NCBI GenBank assembly: GCA_050945855.1
Contig: JBMNTS010000005.1
Coordinates: 326-64,325, forward strand
Length of the DNA: 64,000 bases
DNA from: Christensenellales bacterium
Lineage (GTDB): Bacteria; Bacillota; Clostridia; Christensenellales; DTU072
Direction of reading: 5' to 3'
Shown: positions 1-7,988 of the stretch, piece after piece
How positions within the stretch are numbered: the first letter of the stretch is position 1
Layout of the letters: the number at the start of each line of letters is the position of its first letter
Made by a program: the position numbers and the translations under genes
The notes under the pieces: generated by a model
Told to the model about the DNA's origin: nothing
Databases searched by the model: none
The model's input: only the letters and a program-made list of their open reading frames with translations

Positions 1-946
1 AAGCGGTTTTATCGGACGCGCCGTGGTGGATTACATTTTAAGCATGGGCGCAAAGGTGATTGCGGCGGATATGCGCCCTTCAGACATAAAAAAAGACAAT
101 CTGAGCTTTTGGCAGGTGGACCTTACCGGCGATTACAAGAGCCTGCCCGAAGATATTACCGACGTTATTCACGCCGCCGGCAGGGTGAGCGACTGGGGGA
201 GTTACGAGGCTTTTTATAATATTAACGTGGCGGCGACGCAAAAGCTGCTCAGGCTGGCAAAGAGCGCGGGCGTGAGGAATTTTTTGTTTATCAGCTCCAT
301 TGACATTCACGGCTTTTTCGGGCATAACGGCACCACCGAGGACGGAGTGTATTATTCCTCCAAATGCTATTACCCTATGACAAAAAGTCTGGCGGAAAAA
401 GAGGTGCGCGCTTTTACGAGCAAGGAAATGAAAACGGTGTGTATACGCCCCTGCACCGTTTACGGTCCCGGGGATACCACCGTGCAGGGCCCCATTATGG
501 ACGCCATTCTGAAAAGGCAGATGGGATACATAGATAAAGGGAAATACCTTATTTCCCGCGTATACATTTCCGACCTTGCGGAAGGGCTGTGCCGCGCGCT
601 GGAATACGGCACGGGCGGAGAAGCGTATAACATCACTTCGGGCGAAAAGATAAACTGGGTCCAATGGGTAGAGGCCATAGCGGCAGAATTGGGCGTAAAG
701 CCGCCTAAAAGGAACGCTCCTTACCCCATAGCTTTCGCGCTTGCGGCTACGCTGGAGTGGATTTACAAGCTGTTCAAAGCAAAAAACGCTCCCATATTGA
801 CCAAAATGCGTATCCAGCACGCCGGTCACGACTTTTATTTGGTGCCGGACAAGGCCAAAGCGGAATTGGGTTTTGAGCCCAAAATGCCCTGGCAGGACGG
901 GGTAAAGCTGATGGTGGCCGAATACAAACAGCGCAAAGGACTGTAA
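1..946 (+). CDS. NAD-dependent epimerase/dehydratase family protein (extended SDR), 5' end outside window
   Basis: The frame is open from nt 2. SGFIGRAVVDYIL is the tail of a GxxGxxG Rossmann motif, so the listed M at 23 is internal. YPMTK matches the YxxxK catalytic motif. Stop at 944-946. Confidence 0.8.
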   Translation, partial: SGFIGRAVVDYILSMGAKVIAADMRPSDIKKDNLSFWQVDLTGDYKSLPEDITDVIHAAGRVSDWGSYEAFYNINVAATQKLLRLAKSAGVRNFLFISSIDIHGFFGHNGTTEDGVYYSSKCYYPMTKSLAEKEVRAFTSKEMKTVCIRPCTVYGPGDTTVQGPIMDAILKRQMGYIDKGKYLISRVYISDLAEGLCRALEYGTGGEAYNITSGEKINWVQWVEAIAAELGVKPPKRNAPYPIAFALAATLEWIYKLFKAKNAPILTKMRIQHAGHDFYLVPDKAKAELGFEPKMPWQDGVKLMVAEYKQRKGL

Positions 947-964
947 AAAGGGATTTATAATAAG

Positions 965-993
965 AAAAAAAGGGCGCCGTATTGGCGTCCTTT
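965..993. terminator. bidirectional rho-independent terminator
   Basis: GGGCGCC-gtatt-GGCGTCC stem-loop (972-990) flanked by A7 on the left and TTT on the right. Read on the minus strand it is followed by T7, closing the tRNA operon. It also lies just after the + strand stop. Confidence 0.6.
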
Positions 994-1001
994 ATAATTT
1001 C

Positions 1002-1077
1002 TGGTGGGAACAACAGGACTTGAACCTGTGGCATCTTGCTTGTAAGGCAAGCGCTCTCCCAGCTGAGCTATGCTCCC
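1002..1077 (-). tRNA. tRNA-Val (anticodon UAC)
   Basis: Reverse complement reads GGGAGCATAGCTCAGCTGGGAGAGCGCTTGCCTTACAAGCAAG...GGTTCAAGTCCTGTTGTTCCCACCA. Anticodon loop is CTTACAA. T-arm GGTTCAAGTCC. CCA is encoded. Confidence 0.9.
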
Positions 1078-1080
1078 TTT

Positions 1081-1155
1081 TGGTGACCCCAAGGAGAATC
1101 GAACTCCTGTTACCGCCGTGAAAGGGCGATGTCTTAACCGCTTGACCATGGGGCC
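1081..1155 (-). tRNA. tRNA-Glu (anticodon UUC)
   Basis: Reverse complement reads GGCCCCATGGTCAAGCGGTTAAGACATCGCCCTTTCACGGCGGTAACAGGAGTTCGATTCTCCTTGGGGTCACCA. Anticodon loop is CTTTCAC. It closely resembles Firmicute tRNA-Glu. Confidence 0.9.
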
Positions 1156-1161
1156 GGGAAT

Positions 1162-1238
1162 TGGTAGCGGCGGTCAGATTCGAACCAACGACCTGCCGGG
1201 TATGAACCGGCCGCTCTAACCAACTAAGCTACGCCGCC
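1162..1238 (-). tRNA. tRNA-Met, elongator type (anticodon CAU)
   Basis: Reverse complement reads GGCGGCGTAGCTTAGTTGGTTAGAGCGGCCGGTTCATACCCGGCAGGTC...CGCCGCTACCA. Anticodon loop is TTCATAC. The G1:C72 pair and overall sequence resemble elongator Met rather than initiator or Ile2. Confidence 0.8.
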
Positions 1239-1254
1239 ATGTAAATGTTGATTT

Positions 1255-1332
<78 letters not shown>

Positions 1333-1346
1333 ACGATTGCCTTACT

Positions 1347-1375
1347 ATCATAATATAACGATTAGGTTTTGTCAA
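1347..1375 (-). promoter_or_regulatory. sigma-70 type promoter of the tRNA operon
   Basis: Minus strand reads TTGACA - 17 nt - TATGAT. The -10 ends about 14 nt upstream of the first tRNA nucleotide. Confidence 0.6.
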
Positions 1376-1439
1376 CTAAAATGCGGACAAAACAAAAAAA
1401 TGATTCTTTTGAAATATTGACAAAAAATGTATCTTTTAA

Positions 1440-2393
1440 TCAATAAAACAGCAGTAAAGCCAGAGGAATTGTCAATATTGACAATAATGTGGAAAGCGCC
1501 ACAAGTTTGGCGGGCGTCTTTCTTTCGCCGTTGTTCATTTCCGAAAACATCATAACGTTGGTCGCAACCGGCATGGCGGAGAGCGCAATCATATTAAGGC
1601 GCGCCCCCTGTGTGTCGATTAGTATACCTAATAGCGCAATTAGAGCGAAGCCCAGCAGGGGGGAAAGCAGATTTTTTATCCCCGCCACCTTAATTACGTT
1701 GATATCGTTAAAGACTTCCTTTAAATCCATGGCCGCGAATTTCGCACCCAGTATAGTCATAGAGAGCGGCGCGGTAAGAATGGAAAACAATTCGGAGACT
1801 TTTTTGAGAGGGTAAAGGGCGGGCAGGGAGATAAAATTGAGATTCAATATAAAGAAAGGGAGCAGAAGCAAAAAAGTTACCGTAGGCGGATTGAGGAGTA
1901 TTCTTTTTATGCTTATATCCTTTTTGTTTTTGGTGAAAAGATAGCTTCCGTAAGACCACGCCATTATATTAAAGGATATCATGGAGCCGGAGGCGTACAG
2001 GATAATTTCGGAATTGTAATCGGTCAGCATCTGCAGAAAAGGCACGCACATATATCCGATATTGCCGAAAACGCAGGCAAAATTGTACGCTCCGTATTTT
2101 TCGGACTCCTTTTTGCGGTAAAAAACCGCCTTCGCAATAAGCAGCATTATCAACATGTGCAAAAAGGTGAAGCCTATCACAAGGGCAAGGTTTTTCAGTA
2201 CCTGCGCCCGGAAAGGGGTATTCAAAAAAGCGTCTATGGTGACAAAAGGCTGGCAGATGTATAACAGCATCGCCGCAAGCACCTTGGACGCGCTTTCTTC
2301 ACGCAAAACTTTCGCCTTTACCGCGATAAAGCCGGGTATCGCCAGCAGCGCAAGAATAAATACGTTTTGAAAAGCAATTTCGGGATAGTTCAA
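1440..2393 (-). CDS. AEC (auxin efflux carrier) family transporter
   Basis: 317 aa, about 10 predicted TM segments in two halves with a central loop, typical of AEC/malate-permease-like proteins. TTG start preceded by GAAGGAA at 6 nt. Confidence 0.75.
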   Translation of the reverse strand: MNYPEIAFQNVFILALLAIPGFIAVKAKVLREESASKVLAAMLLYICQPFVTIDAFLNTPFRAQVLKNLALVIGFTFLHMLIMLLIAKAVFYRKKESEKYGAYNFACVFGNIGYMCVPFLQMLTDYNSEIILYASGSMISFNIMAWSYGSYLFTKNKKDISIKRILLNPPTVTFLLLLPFFILNLNFISLPALYPLKKVSELFSILTAPLSMTILGAKFAAMDLKEVFNDINVIKVAGIKNLLSPLLGFALIALLGILIDTQGARLNMIALSAMPVATNVMMFSEMNNGERKTPAKLVALSTLLSILTIPLALLLFY

Positions 2394-2404
2394 TTCGCGT
2401 TCCT

Positions 2405-3130
2405 TCAGATAATTTTATATTTTACAATCAGCGCCTGCATTTCCTTTAAGGGCGCGCGCCCTTTTTTGTAGCCTTTCAGCGCTCTTTTTACCGCCGTCCA
2501 AAACAACTCCAGCAGTAAGGCGTCGTCCTTTTCCAGCACATACTCAAACCCTTTAAGCATGGCGGCGTAATCGCTTTTGTCCTTTTGAATAAGCGTTTTG
2601 TCTACGGCGACAATCTCAATAAGCTCGTCTATCCAGAATTTCAGCTCGGATTTCGCGCCGGAGGGAAAATGCCGGGCGCAGCTTATCCCTTCTATAAGTT
2701 TTTCCCCTTCTCCCGCGTCCTCTTGCGTCAGCATTCTGATAAAGGCGTCCCTGAAAGGCACAATCGCCTGTTCGTAAAACTTCAGGTGCGCCCCCGCTAT
2801 GTTTTTGTCCTTGTAGTACTTGGAGACAAAGTTGGTTATCCCCTTTATGCCCTCCCGGAGCTCGTGCAGCAGCCCTATTATAAGCGCCACCTTTGCCCCG
2901 TCCTCTTCGGGCATCCTGATGTAGTAGCCCTTGTCATATTCGCAGCACGCCTTTTCCAGTTCCTTATAATAATTAAAGTCCTTGGTGGCGTCTTTTACCA
3001 CGTTGATTAATATGGGATTTTCCTCTATGTAGTCAAGCAGCTCGTCAATTACGGCTTCGCTGAGTCCGTGCGCCGTATTGCCTATGCTGGTGCATATCGC
3101 GTAAAACTTGCGGATAATACGTTCTTCCAT
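2405..3130 (-). CDS. hypothetical protein (all-helical, no recognised domain)
   Basis: The ORF is open to 3166, but AGGAGAG sits 5 nt upstream of the ATG at 3128-3130 (MEERIIRKFY...), so I prefer that start. Its stop overlaps the RBS of the AEC gene. Confidence 0.55.
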   Translation of the reverse strand: MEERIIRKFYAICTSIGNTAHGLSEAVIDELLDYIEENPILINVVKDATKDFNYYKELEKACCEYDKGYYIRMPEEDGAKVALIIGLLHELREGIKGITNFVSKYYKDKNIAGAHLKFYEQAIVPFRDAFIRMLTQEDAGEGEKLIEGISCARHFPSGAKSELKFWIDELIEIVAVDKTLIQKDKSDYAAMLKGFEYVLEKDDALLLELFWTAVKRALKGYKKGRAPLKEMQALIVKYKII

Positions 3131-3271
3131 AGTATCTCTCCTAACGGCTTTGCCTTGGCTTTGCATAGATTATAACATACTTTGCGCCATTTTGCATTAG
3201 AATGGGGCAATACTTTTTGGGCAAAGATTCAGCGCAAAAAGGTTTTTTCCGAAAAAAAAGCAATTTCCTTG

Positions 3272-3300
3272 TTGCAAAAAAAAACAAAAGAGTTTATAAT
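3272..3300 (+). promoter_or_regulatory. sigma-70 type promoter of the Crp/Fnr-family gene
   Basis: TTGCAA (3272-3277) - 17 nt - TATAAT (3295-3300). Confidence 0.55.
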
Positions 3301-3305
3301 AATTT

Positions 3306-3321
3306 TGTTGCCCTTGCAACA
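3306..3321. promoter_or_regulatory. perfect 16-bp palindrome, candidate operator
   Basis: TGTTGC-cctt-GCAACA lies immediately downstream of the -10, about at the predicted transcription start. A TTGTTGCAA half-site-like copy overlaps the -35. Confidence 0.45.
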
Positions 3322-3341
3322 TTTATTATGCGGAGGAAGAA

Positions 3342-4049
3342 GTGGATATATTTTCCCTGATCAGAAAAAACGCGCTTTTTGCTGATTTTACAGAAGAAGA
3401 AATCAACGGTGTGTTCGAATGCTTAAACGGCAAAATGAGTAAGGCCGGCACGGGCACGATAATCGCGCGCTCGGGCGAGGCGATAGAAAATATTACCATC
3501 ATCCTGAAGGGCGGAGCGATAAAATTCCGGATTAAGGAAAACGGGGAAAACGAGGCGCTGGAAGAAATCAAGGAAGGAGGCTGCTACGGCGACGTGGAAG
3601 GCTTTTTGCCGGGGCCGAAATACACCTACTTTGTGGTGACCAGCAAGGACAGTCTGCTTTTGAACATCAATATCGGCAGCATAGTCACATTAAGCGACGT
3701 CAGCTACGCGCCGCACCAGAAACTTATCCGCAACTGCCTTGCCCAGCTTGCTCGCAAGGTGCTGGGGCTGGAGCGGGGCACCTCTTACCTTATGATAAAG
3801 TCCATGCGCCTAAAGCTGGCGACTCTGATATGCGACTGCTACAAAAAGCAGCAGAGTGCGGAAATCAATCTGGGAATGAACCGCAACGAAATGGCGGAAT
3901 TTCTAAACGTAAGCAGACCTTCCATGAGCAGGGAAATGTGCAGAATGCGGGACGAGGGCATGTTCGACTTCCGCAAGGAGATAATAAAAATCAAAAATCT
4001 TGCCGCATTGGAAGAAATAGTAAGAACGGGAGAAAAGCCCAAAGCGTAA
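3342..4049 (+). CDS. Crp/Fnr family transcriptional regulator
   Basis: N-terminal cNMP-binding-like beta-roll (FADFTEEEINGV...GEAIENITIILKGG). C-terminal HTH (RNEMAEFLNVSRPSMSREMCRMRDEG). GTG start preceded by GGAGGA. Confidence 0.85.
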   Translation: MDIFSLIRKNALFADFTEEEINGVFECLNGKMSKAGTGTIIARSGEAIENITIILKGGAIKFRIKENGENEALEEIKEGGCYGDVEGFLPGPKYTYFVVTSKDSLLLNINIGSIVTLSDVSYAPHQKLIRNCLAQLARKVLGLERGTSYLMIKSMRLKLATLICDCYKKQQSAEINLGMNRNEMAEFLNVSRPSMSREMCRMRDEGMFDFRKEIIKIKNLAALEEIVRTGEKPKA

Positions 4050-4074
4050 GCCGCCCAAAAGCGGCTTTTTTGTT
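4048..4074 (+). terminator. rho-independent terminator
   Basis: AAGCCGC-ccaaaa-GCGGCTT followed by TTTTTGTT. It overlaps the crp-family stop codon. Confidence 0.7.
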
Positions 4075-4197
4075 GCGCCCGAAGTGTAATGCGAAAATTA
4101 AACTGCCGCAAAAGCCTTTTCGCGATACCGTTTTGCTTTTTTCGGCAAGCAAACTTCCGAGGCGGCGGGAGCGCGCCAAAAACCTCCCCGGTCAATC

Positions 4198-4227
4198 TTG
4201 ACAGAGCGGCTATATTTATAGTATTAT
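4198..4227 (+). promoter_or_regulatory. candidate promoter of the lipase-like gene
   Basis: TTGACA (4198-4203) - 18 nt - TATTAT (4222-4227). RBS AGAGGT lies 6 nt before the ATG at 4260. Confidence 0.45.
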
Positions 4228-4259
4228 AAGGTATATCGGTTTTTATTAGAGGTAGCCAG

Positions 4260-5753
4260 ATGAAAAAAATTATAGGCATAGTATGCGTTATCGTGCTGTT
4301 AGCCGCCTGCGCCGCAACAGTTTACTTTGGATCGGGCGGGTATAGTGTAAGAGTGGCGCACGCCAACCTTTACAGTGACAAAGGGTATATTGACTATGCA
4401 AAAGAGGTTTACTTTGACGTGGAGGCTCATCCGGAACTTGCCGAGCAGGGCTTGTTCTGGGCTCAATGGAACGAAAGCGAAAACAAGGTGGACCTGCTGC
4501 ACGCGGACAGCGAGGAGGGGGCGGCTGTTATTGACCCCGATAAGCCTACCATAATCAATGTGCACGGCGTATTAATGGACGGAAACAAGGAACCCGAAAT
4601 GTTCAACCTCAATTCCAAGGTAAACAGAGCGGAAGATTTCGGGATGGAAGGCGAGGACGCGTCCATGTTGTATCTTTGGATGCAAAAGGGCTGGAACGTG
4701 GGTGTTTTCCATTACAATAAATTTGCCGCCGACCTGCCCAATATAATAGAAGGCAAGATATGGTCGGGCAAGACGAAAACGGGAGTAAGGTATAAAACAA
4801 GCGATGACCAATACTCCGACCCTTATTTTACTCCCTATACTCTGGCGGAGCATTTTGCCGCCGAATATGTAAGAGCAATGAAGCTGCTTCCCCAAACCAT
4901 GGGTGACAATGAGATAAGGATAGCAGCGCATTCCATGGGCGGACAACTGGCCACGGCGGGCATTTTCCTGCTTACCGAGCTTGCGGAGGCAAAGCAATTG
5001 CCTCATAACCAGCTGCCGGACAGATACGCCTTGCTGGACGCTTTTTTCAGCGTAAAAATGGTCTCGGGCGATTTGTTAATAAAAATAGGTATAAAAGACA
5101 CCAATTTAAGATGGTCGGGCAAGCCCTTGCCGGGCAACAGTACGGGTTATACCATGATAGAGTGCCTTAAGGTAATGAAGGCGAACGGTATCGCGCTGGA
5201 ATATTATGTTTATGAGGAAAGCTTCCTGAAATTATCCATGCTGGAACTGATAGAGGATTTGCGCGCGCTCTGCCCTTATACCGTTGTGCTGCCCGATTAC
5301 AACAACATCAACAGCGAATACACGCTGACTATGGACGGACACAACGGGGTGCGCGAATGGTATATGGTTTCCATGCTCTCCGACCCCATTAAGGATATAA
5401 CCGAAGGTAGAGACTCCGGCGAGCTTGCGCCTTCCGCCGCTATGGATACCGAGACCCTCAAAACGCTTGTCAATAAAGCGTATACGGTAGTGGAAGGAGC
5501 GCAAACGCCCACCACGGCGGATGACGCGATGGTGAGGAGATACTCTATCTATTACGAGTTAAACGAAGGTGTGAACGGCGCCAACCCTGACTACTATACC
5601 AAATTAAGCCCGGAGATTACACTCAAACCGGCCAAACGGACAGGCTATACCTTTAAGGGCTGGTACGCTACCCCCGACTTTTCCGGCGAAAGAATTGAAA
5701 CAATAAACCCCGCGGAAAAGAAAGACATAAAGCTGTACGCCAAATGGAGCTGA
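4260..5753 (+). CDS. lipase-like alpha/beta hydrolase lipoprotein with C-terminal Listeria-Bacteroides repeat
   Basis: Signal peptide with lipobox LAAC. Nucleophile elbow AHSMGG. The C-terminal about 70 aa (YYELNEGVNG...GYTFKGWY...IKLYAKWS) matches the Listeria/Bacteroides (Flg_new-type) repeat. Confidence 0.7.
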   Translation: MKKIIGIVCVIVLLAACAATVYFGSGGYSVRVAHANLYSDKGYIDYAKEVYFDVEAHPELAEQGLFWAQWNESENKVDLLHADSEEGAAVIDPDKPTIINVHGVLMDGNKEPEMFNLNSKVNRAEDFGMEGEDASMLYLWMQKGWNVGVFHYNKFAADLPNIIEGKIWSGKTKTGVRYKTSDDQYSDPYFTPYTLAEHFAAEYVRAMKLLPQTMGDNEIRIAAHSMGGQLATAGIFLLTELAEAKQLPHNQLPDRYALLDAFFSVKMVSGDLLIKIGIKDTNLRWSGKPLPGNSTGYTMIECLKVMKANGIALEYYVYEESFLKLSMLELIEDLRALCPYTVVLPDYNNINSEYTLTMDGHNGVREWYMVSMLSDPIKDITEGRDSGELAPSAAMDTETLKTLVNKAYTVVEGAQTPTTADDAMVRRYSIYYELNEGVNGANPDYYTKLSPEITLKPAKRTGYTFKGWYATPDFSGERIETINPAEKKDIKLYAKWS

Positions 5754-5792
5754 AACTCCGCAAGCCACCAACTCAAAGGAAAAAATGATTAT

Positions 5793-5824
5793 GCAAAAAG
5801 CCTTGATTTATCAAGGCTTTTTGC
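5793..5824. terminator. bidirectional terminator between convergent genes
   Basis: GCAAAAAGCCTTGA-ttta-TCAAGGCTTTTTGC. A perfect long palindrome with A-run and T-run built into the arms. Confidence 0.7.
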
Positions 5825-5882
5825 ATATAAGACCTTGACTGACCTTGCGGCATAATGCCTTTTTTATCGTATTGCGTCGGGG

Positions 5883-6659
5883 TTATGCTTGGTTATCCTG
5901 TTTTTCCTGCCACTTTTTAAAGGCGTTATAGTTGCGGATATTGTAGAGGCGCACGAGCGGCGGGCAAAGGGCGGTAAGTAGCTTGAAGAACACAAAGACA
6001 AAAGAGGTGTGAATATGGGCTTTGCCGCGCTTTAATCCTTTGACCATTTTTTTGGCTACATGCGAGGCGCTCTGTACGGGCCAGGAGATGGGGATATCGC
6101 CGGCGGCGGCAAAAAAGTCGGTGGCAGTCGCTATAGGGTAGACTACCTGTATCTTTTGGTCTTGCCCCAATTCGTAACGGTAAGCGTCAGCAAACGCCCT
6201 GAGCGCGGCTTTGGTGGCGGAATACAGCGCGTAGCCGGGCAGGGAAATAAAGCCCATCGCGCTTGCGGTTATCAGCACGCTGTAGGGGGACTCGGGATAA
6301 AGCTGTTTCATTTTTTGCGCGCCGTAAAGGGCGCTGAACACATTTAAGTCAAACGCCTTATGATATCGCTCCCAATCGGGAGTGCCCAGTTTTTGATAAA
6401 AAGCGTATCCCGCATTAGCCACAAATATATCAACGCAGCCCATTTTGCCTATCGCGTAATCAAAAACTTTGTCCACTCCTTCCGGAGAGGACACGTCCAT
6501 ATCCAATTTATAAAAATTGGGATGTTCGGTATCGTTTTTTTGCATATTGCGGGAAACGCCCACAACAATCGCGCCTTCGGCAAGCAAGCATTTAGCAAGT
6601 TCGTAACCGATACCGCAGGACGCGCCGGTTATCACAATTTTTTTACCCTTTAGATCCAT
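5883..6659 (-). CDS. SDR family oxidoreductase
   Basis: TGASCGIGYELA (TGxxxGIG), NAG motif (VANAGYA) and YSATK (YxxxK). Confidence 0.85.
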   Translation of the reverse strand: MDLKGKKIVITGASCGIGYELAKCLLAEGAIVVGVSRNMQKNDTEHPNFYKLDMDVSSPEGVDKVFDYAIGKMGCVDIFVANAGYAFYQKLGTPDWERYHKAFDLNVFSALYGAQKMKQLYPESPYSVLITASAMGFISLPGYALYSATKAALRAFADAYRYELGQDQKIQVVYPIATATDFFAAAGDIPISWPVQSASHVAKKMVKGLKRGKAHIHTSFVFVFFKLLTALCPPLVRLYNIRNYNAFKKWQEKQDNQA

Positions 6660-6716
6660 CTTTTTCTCCTATGGCCTTTTTTATAATTTTAAGCGGTAGC
6701 AGAGAGAAAGTCAATA

Positions 6717-6745
6717 TTGTTTTTTATCCGCTTTTGTGCTAAAAT
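6717..6745 (+). promoter_or_regulatory. extended -10 promoter, geometry implies leaderless mRNA
   Basis: TTGTTT - 17 nt - (TGc)TAAAAT. Only 6 nt separate the -10 from the ATG at 6752, and there is no SD. Confidence 0.45.
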
Positions 6746-6751
6746 AAATAT

Positions 6752-7357
6752 ATGTTACAAGCCAAAGCGCTATCCGCACGGAAGCAGATAAAACATATTA
6801 ATGACAAAATACAGGCAATGGAAGAGTTGTTCCGGTATATCCATCTGGCTTCGATAATAATAGTAGCCTTAGGATTCGCGATTGCTTCAATAAAGAATGA
6901 AGGCCCCAGCATACTTATGTTTATAGTGCTGTTCAGCTTTTTTCTGGGAGAGGGGATTGCCCGCATGATATGGACTGCAAAAAAGAAATATCCCATGCTT
7001 GACACTATTAACACACTGGTGAAACAAGAGTTTGGCGAAGTTTCCTCCCCCGATGCGTCAAAGGCCTGGCTTGTGCTGGAATACTGGAAGAGAGCAAAAA
7101 CCCTTTTACTGATAAAAAAAGGTCTCCCCGCGCTTTCCGCGGTAAGGGTAAGCCGTTTGCGTAAAAAGTTCTATGTGCCCTTAAATGACCTCGGTCACGG
7201 CATAAAATCAAATGAAGAAGAAATAAGAGTGATTTGCGAGAATACCTTGAAAGAAATCAAGAAAAGTGTTAATGATTTGGGAGAGGACAAAATAATTGCG
7301 CCTTTGTATCTGGACACCGTAGGGCTGCTTAGCCGCAACGTCTACTGTGAGGAATAA
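6752..7357 (+). CDS. hypothetical membrane protein, paralog 1
   Basis: Two TM helices followed by about 120 aa of soluble tail. Shares WTAKK.Y, FG.V and (S/G)HGIK motifs with the next ORF. Confidence 0.6.
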   Translation: MLQAKALSARKQIKHINDKIQAMEELFRYIHLASIIIVALGFAIASIKNEGPSILMFIVLFSFFLGEGIARMIWTAKKKYPMLDTINTLVKQEFGEVSSPDASKAWLVLEYWKRAKTLLLIKKGLPALSAVRVSRLRKKFYVPLNDLGHGIKSNEEEIRVICENTLKEIKKSVNDLGEDKIIAPLYLDTVGLLSRNVYCEE

Positions 7358-7374
7358 GGTAAAGGGCAGAATAA

Positions 7375-7971
7375 ATGGAAGAAAAATCCGGTTCGATAAC
7401 TCAAATAAAGCAAATCAAGAAAACCCTGCTAATAACCGATACAGTTTTCCGTCATAGTATGATTATAATTATTATCGCCATAGGAATATTGGCGATAGCG
7501 AAAAGCTACACCGAGTCGGCTGTCCCGATTTTTGTACTTTTTCCTCCCATAGTATTCTTTTTTGTATTTGTCTATTCTCTTTTTTGGACTGCAAAAAAAG
7601 GTTATGAATATAATTTGCTGATAAATATTTTGGTCGATATGGCATTCGGCAGGGTGACGGATGAGGACAAGGAAGAGGCAAAAAAACTGGCTGAGCAATG
7701 GAGAGCGCTTTTCCCCATTAAGTCCTTGCTGCGACCTTTGCATCCTTATCTTTGCTACCGCGCCTGCCTTTTGAAATTACGTGTGTATAACCGGGCGATA
7801 GGCTTGTCTCACGGTATAAAAACAGATTGCGGGGAACATAACATAATAAGCGATTTTGCCCGCAATACCTTTTCTATGATTACCCCTTTATTAAAAGATA
7901 AAGAAAAAGCGGGCCGGACTTTGGAACAAGTACTGACCCTGCTAATGAAAAACTCATATTCGCTGAATTAA
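7375..7971 (+). CDS. hypothetical membrane protein, paralog 2
   Basis: Same length class and topology as 6752..7357. Alignable by eye (TQIKQIKK / RKQIKHIN; WTAKKGY / WTAKKKY; LSHGIKT / LGHGIKS). Confidence 0.6.
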   Translation: MEEKSGSITQIKQIKKTLLITDTVFRHSMIIIIIAIGILAIAKSYTESAVPIFVLFPPIVFFFVFVYSLFWTAKKGYEYNLLINILVDMAFGRVTDEDKEEAKKLAEQWRALFPIKSLLRPLHPYLCYRACLLKLRVYNRAIGLSHGIKTDCGEHNIISDFARNTFSMITPLLKDKEKAGRTLEQVLTLLMKNSYSLN

Positions 7972-7988
7972 TTTGAGGTATTTTCCGG

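Noticed and set aside
80-829. 249-aa minus-strand ORF opposite the partial epimerase
   Set aside because: It is antisense to a Rossmann/YxxxK-bearing gene. Shadow ORF.
955-1149. 64-aa minus-strand ORF
   Set aside because: It lies entirely within the tRNA-Val/tRNA-Glu genes and the terminator.
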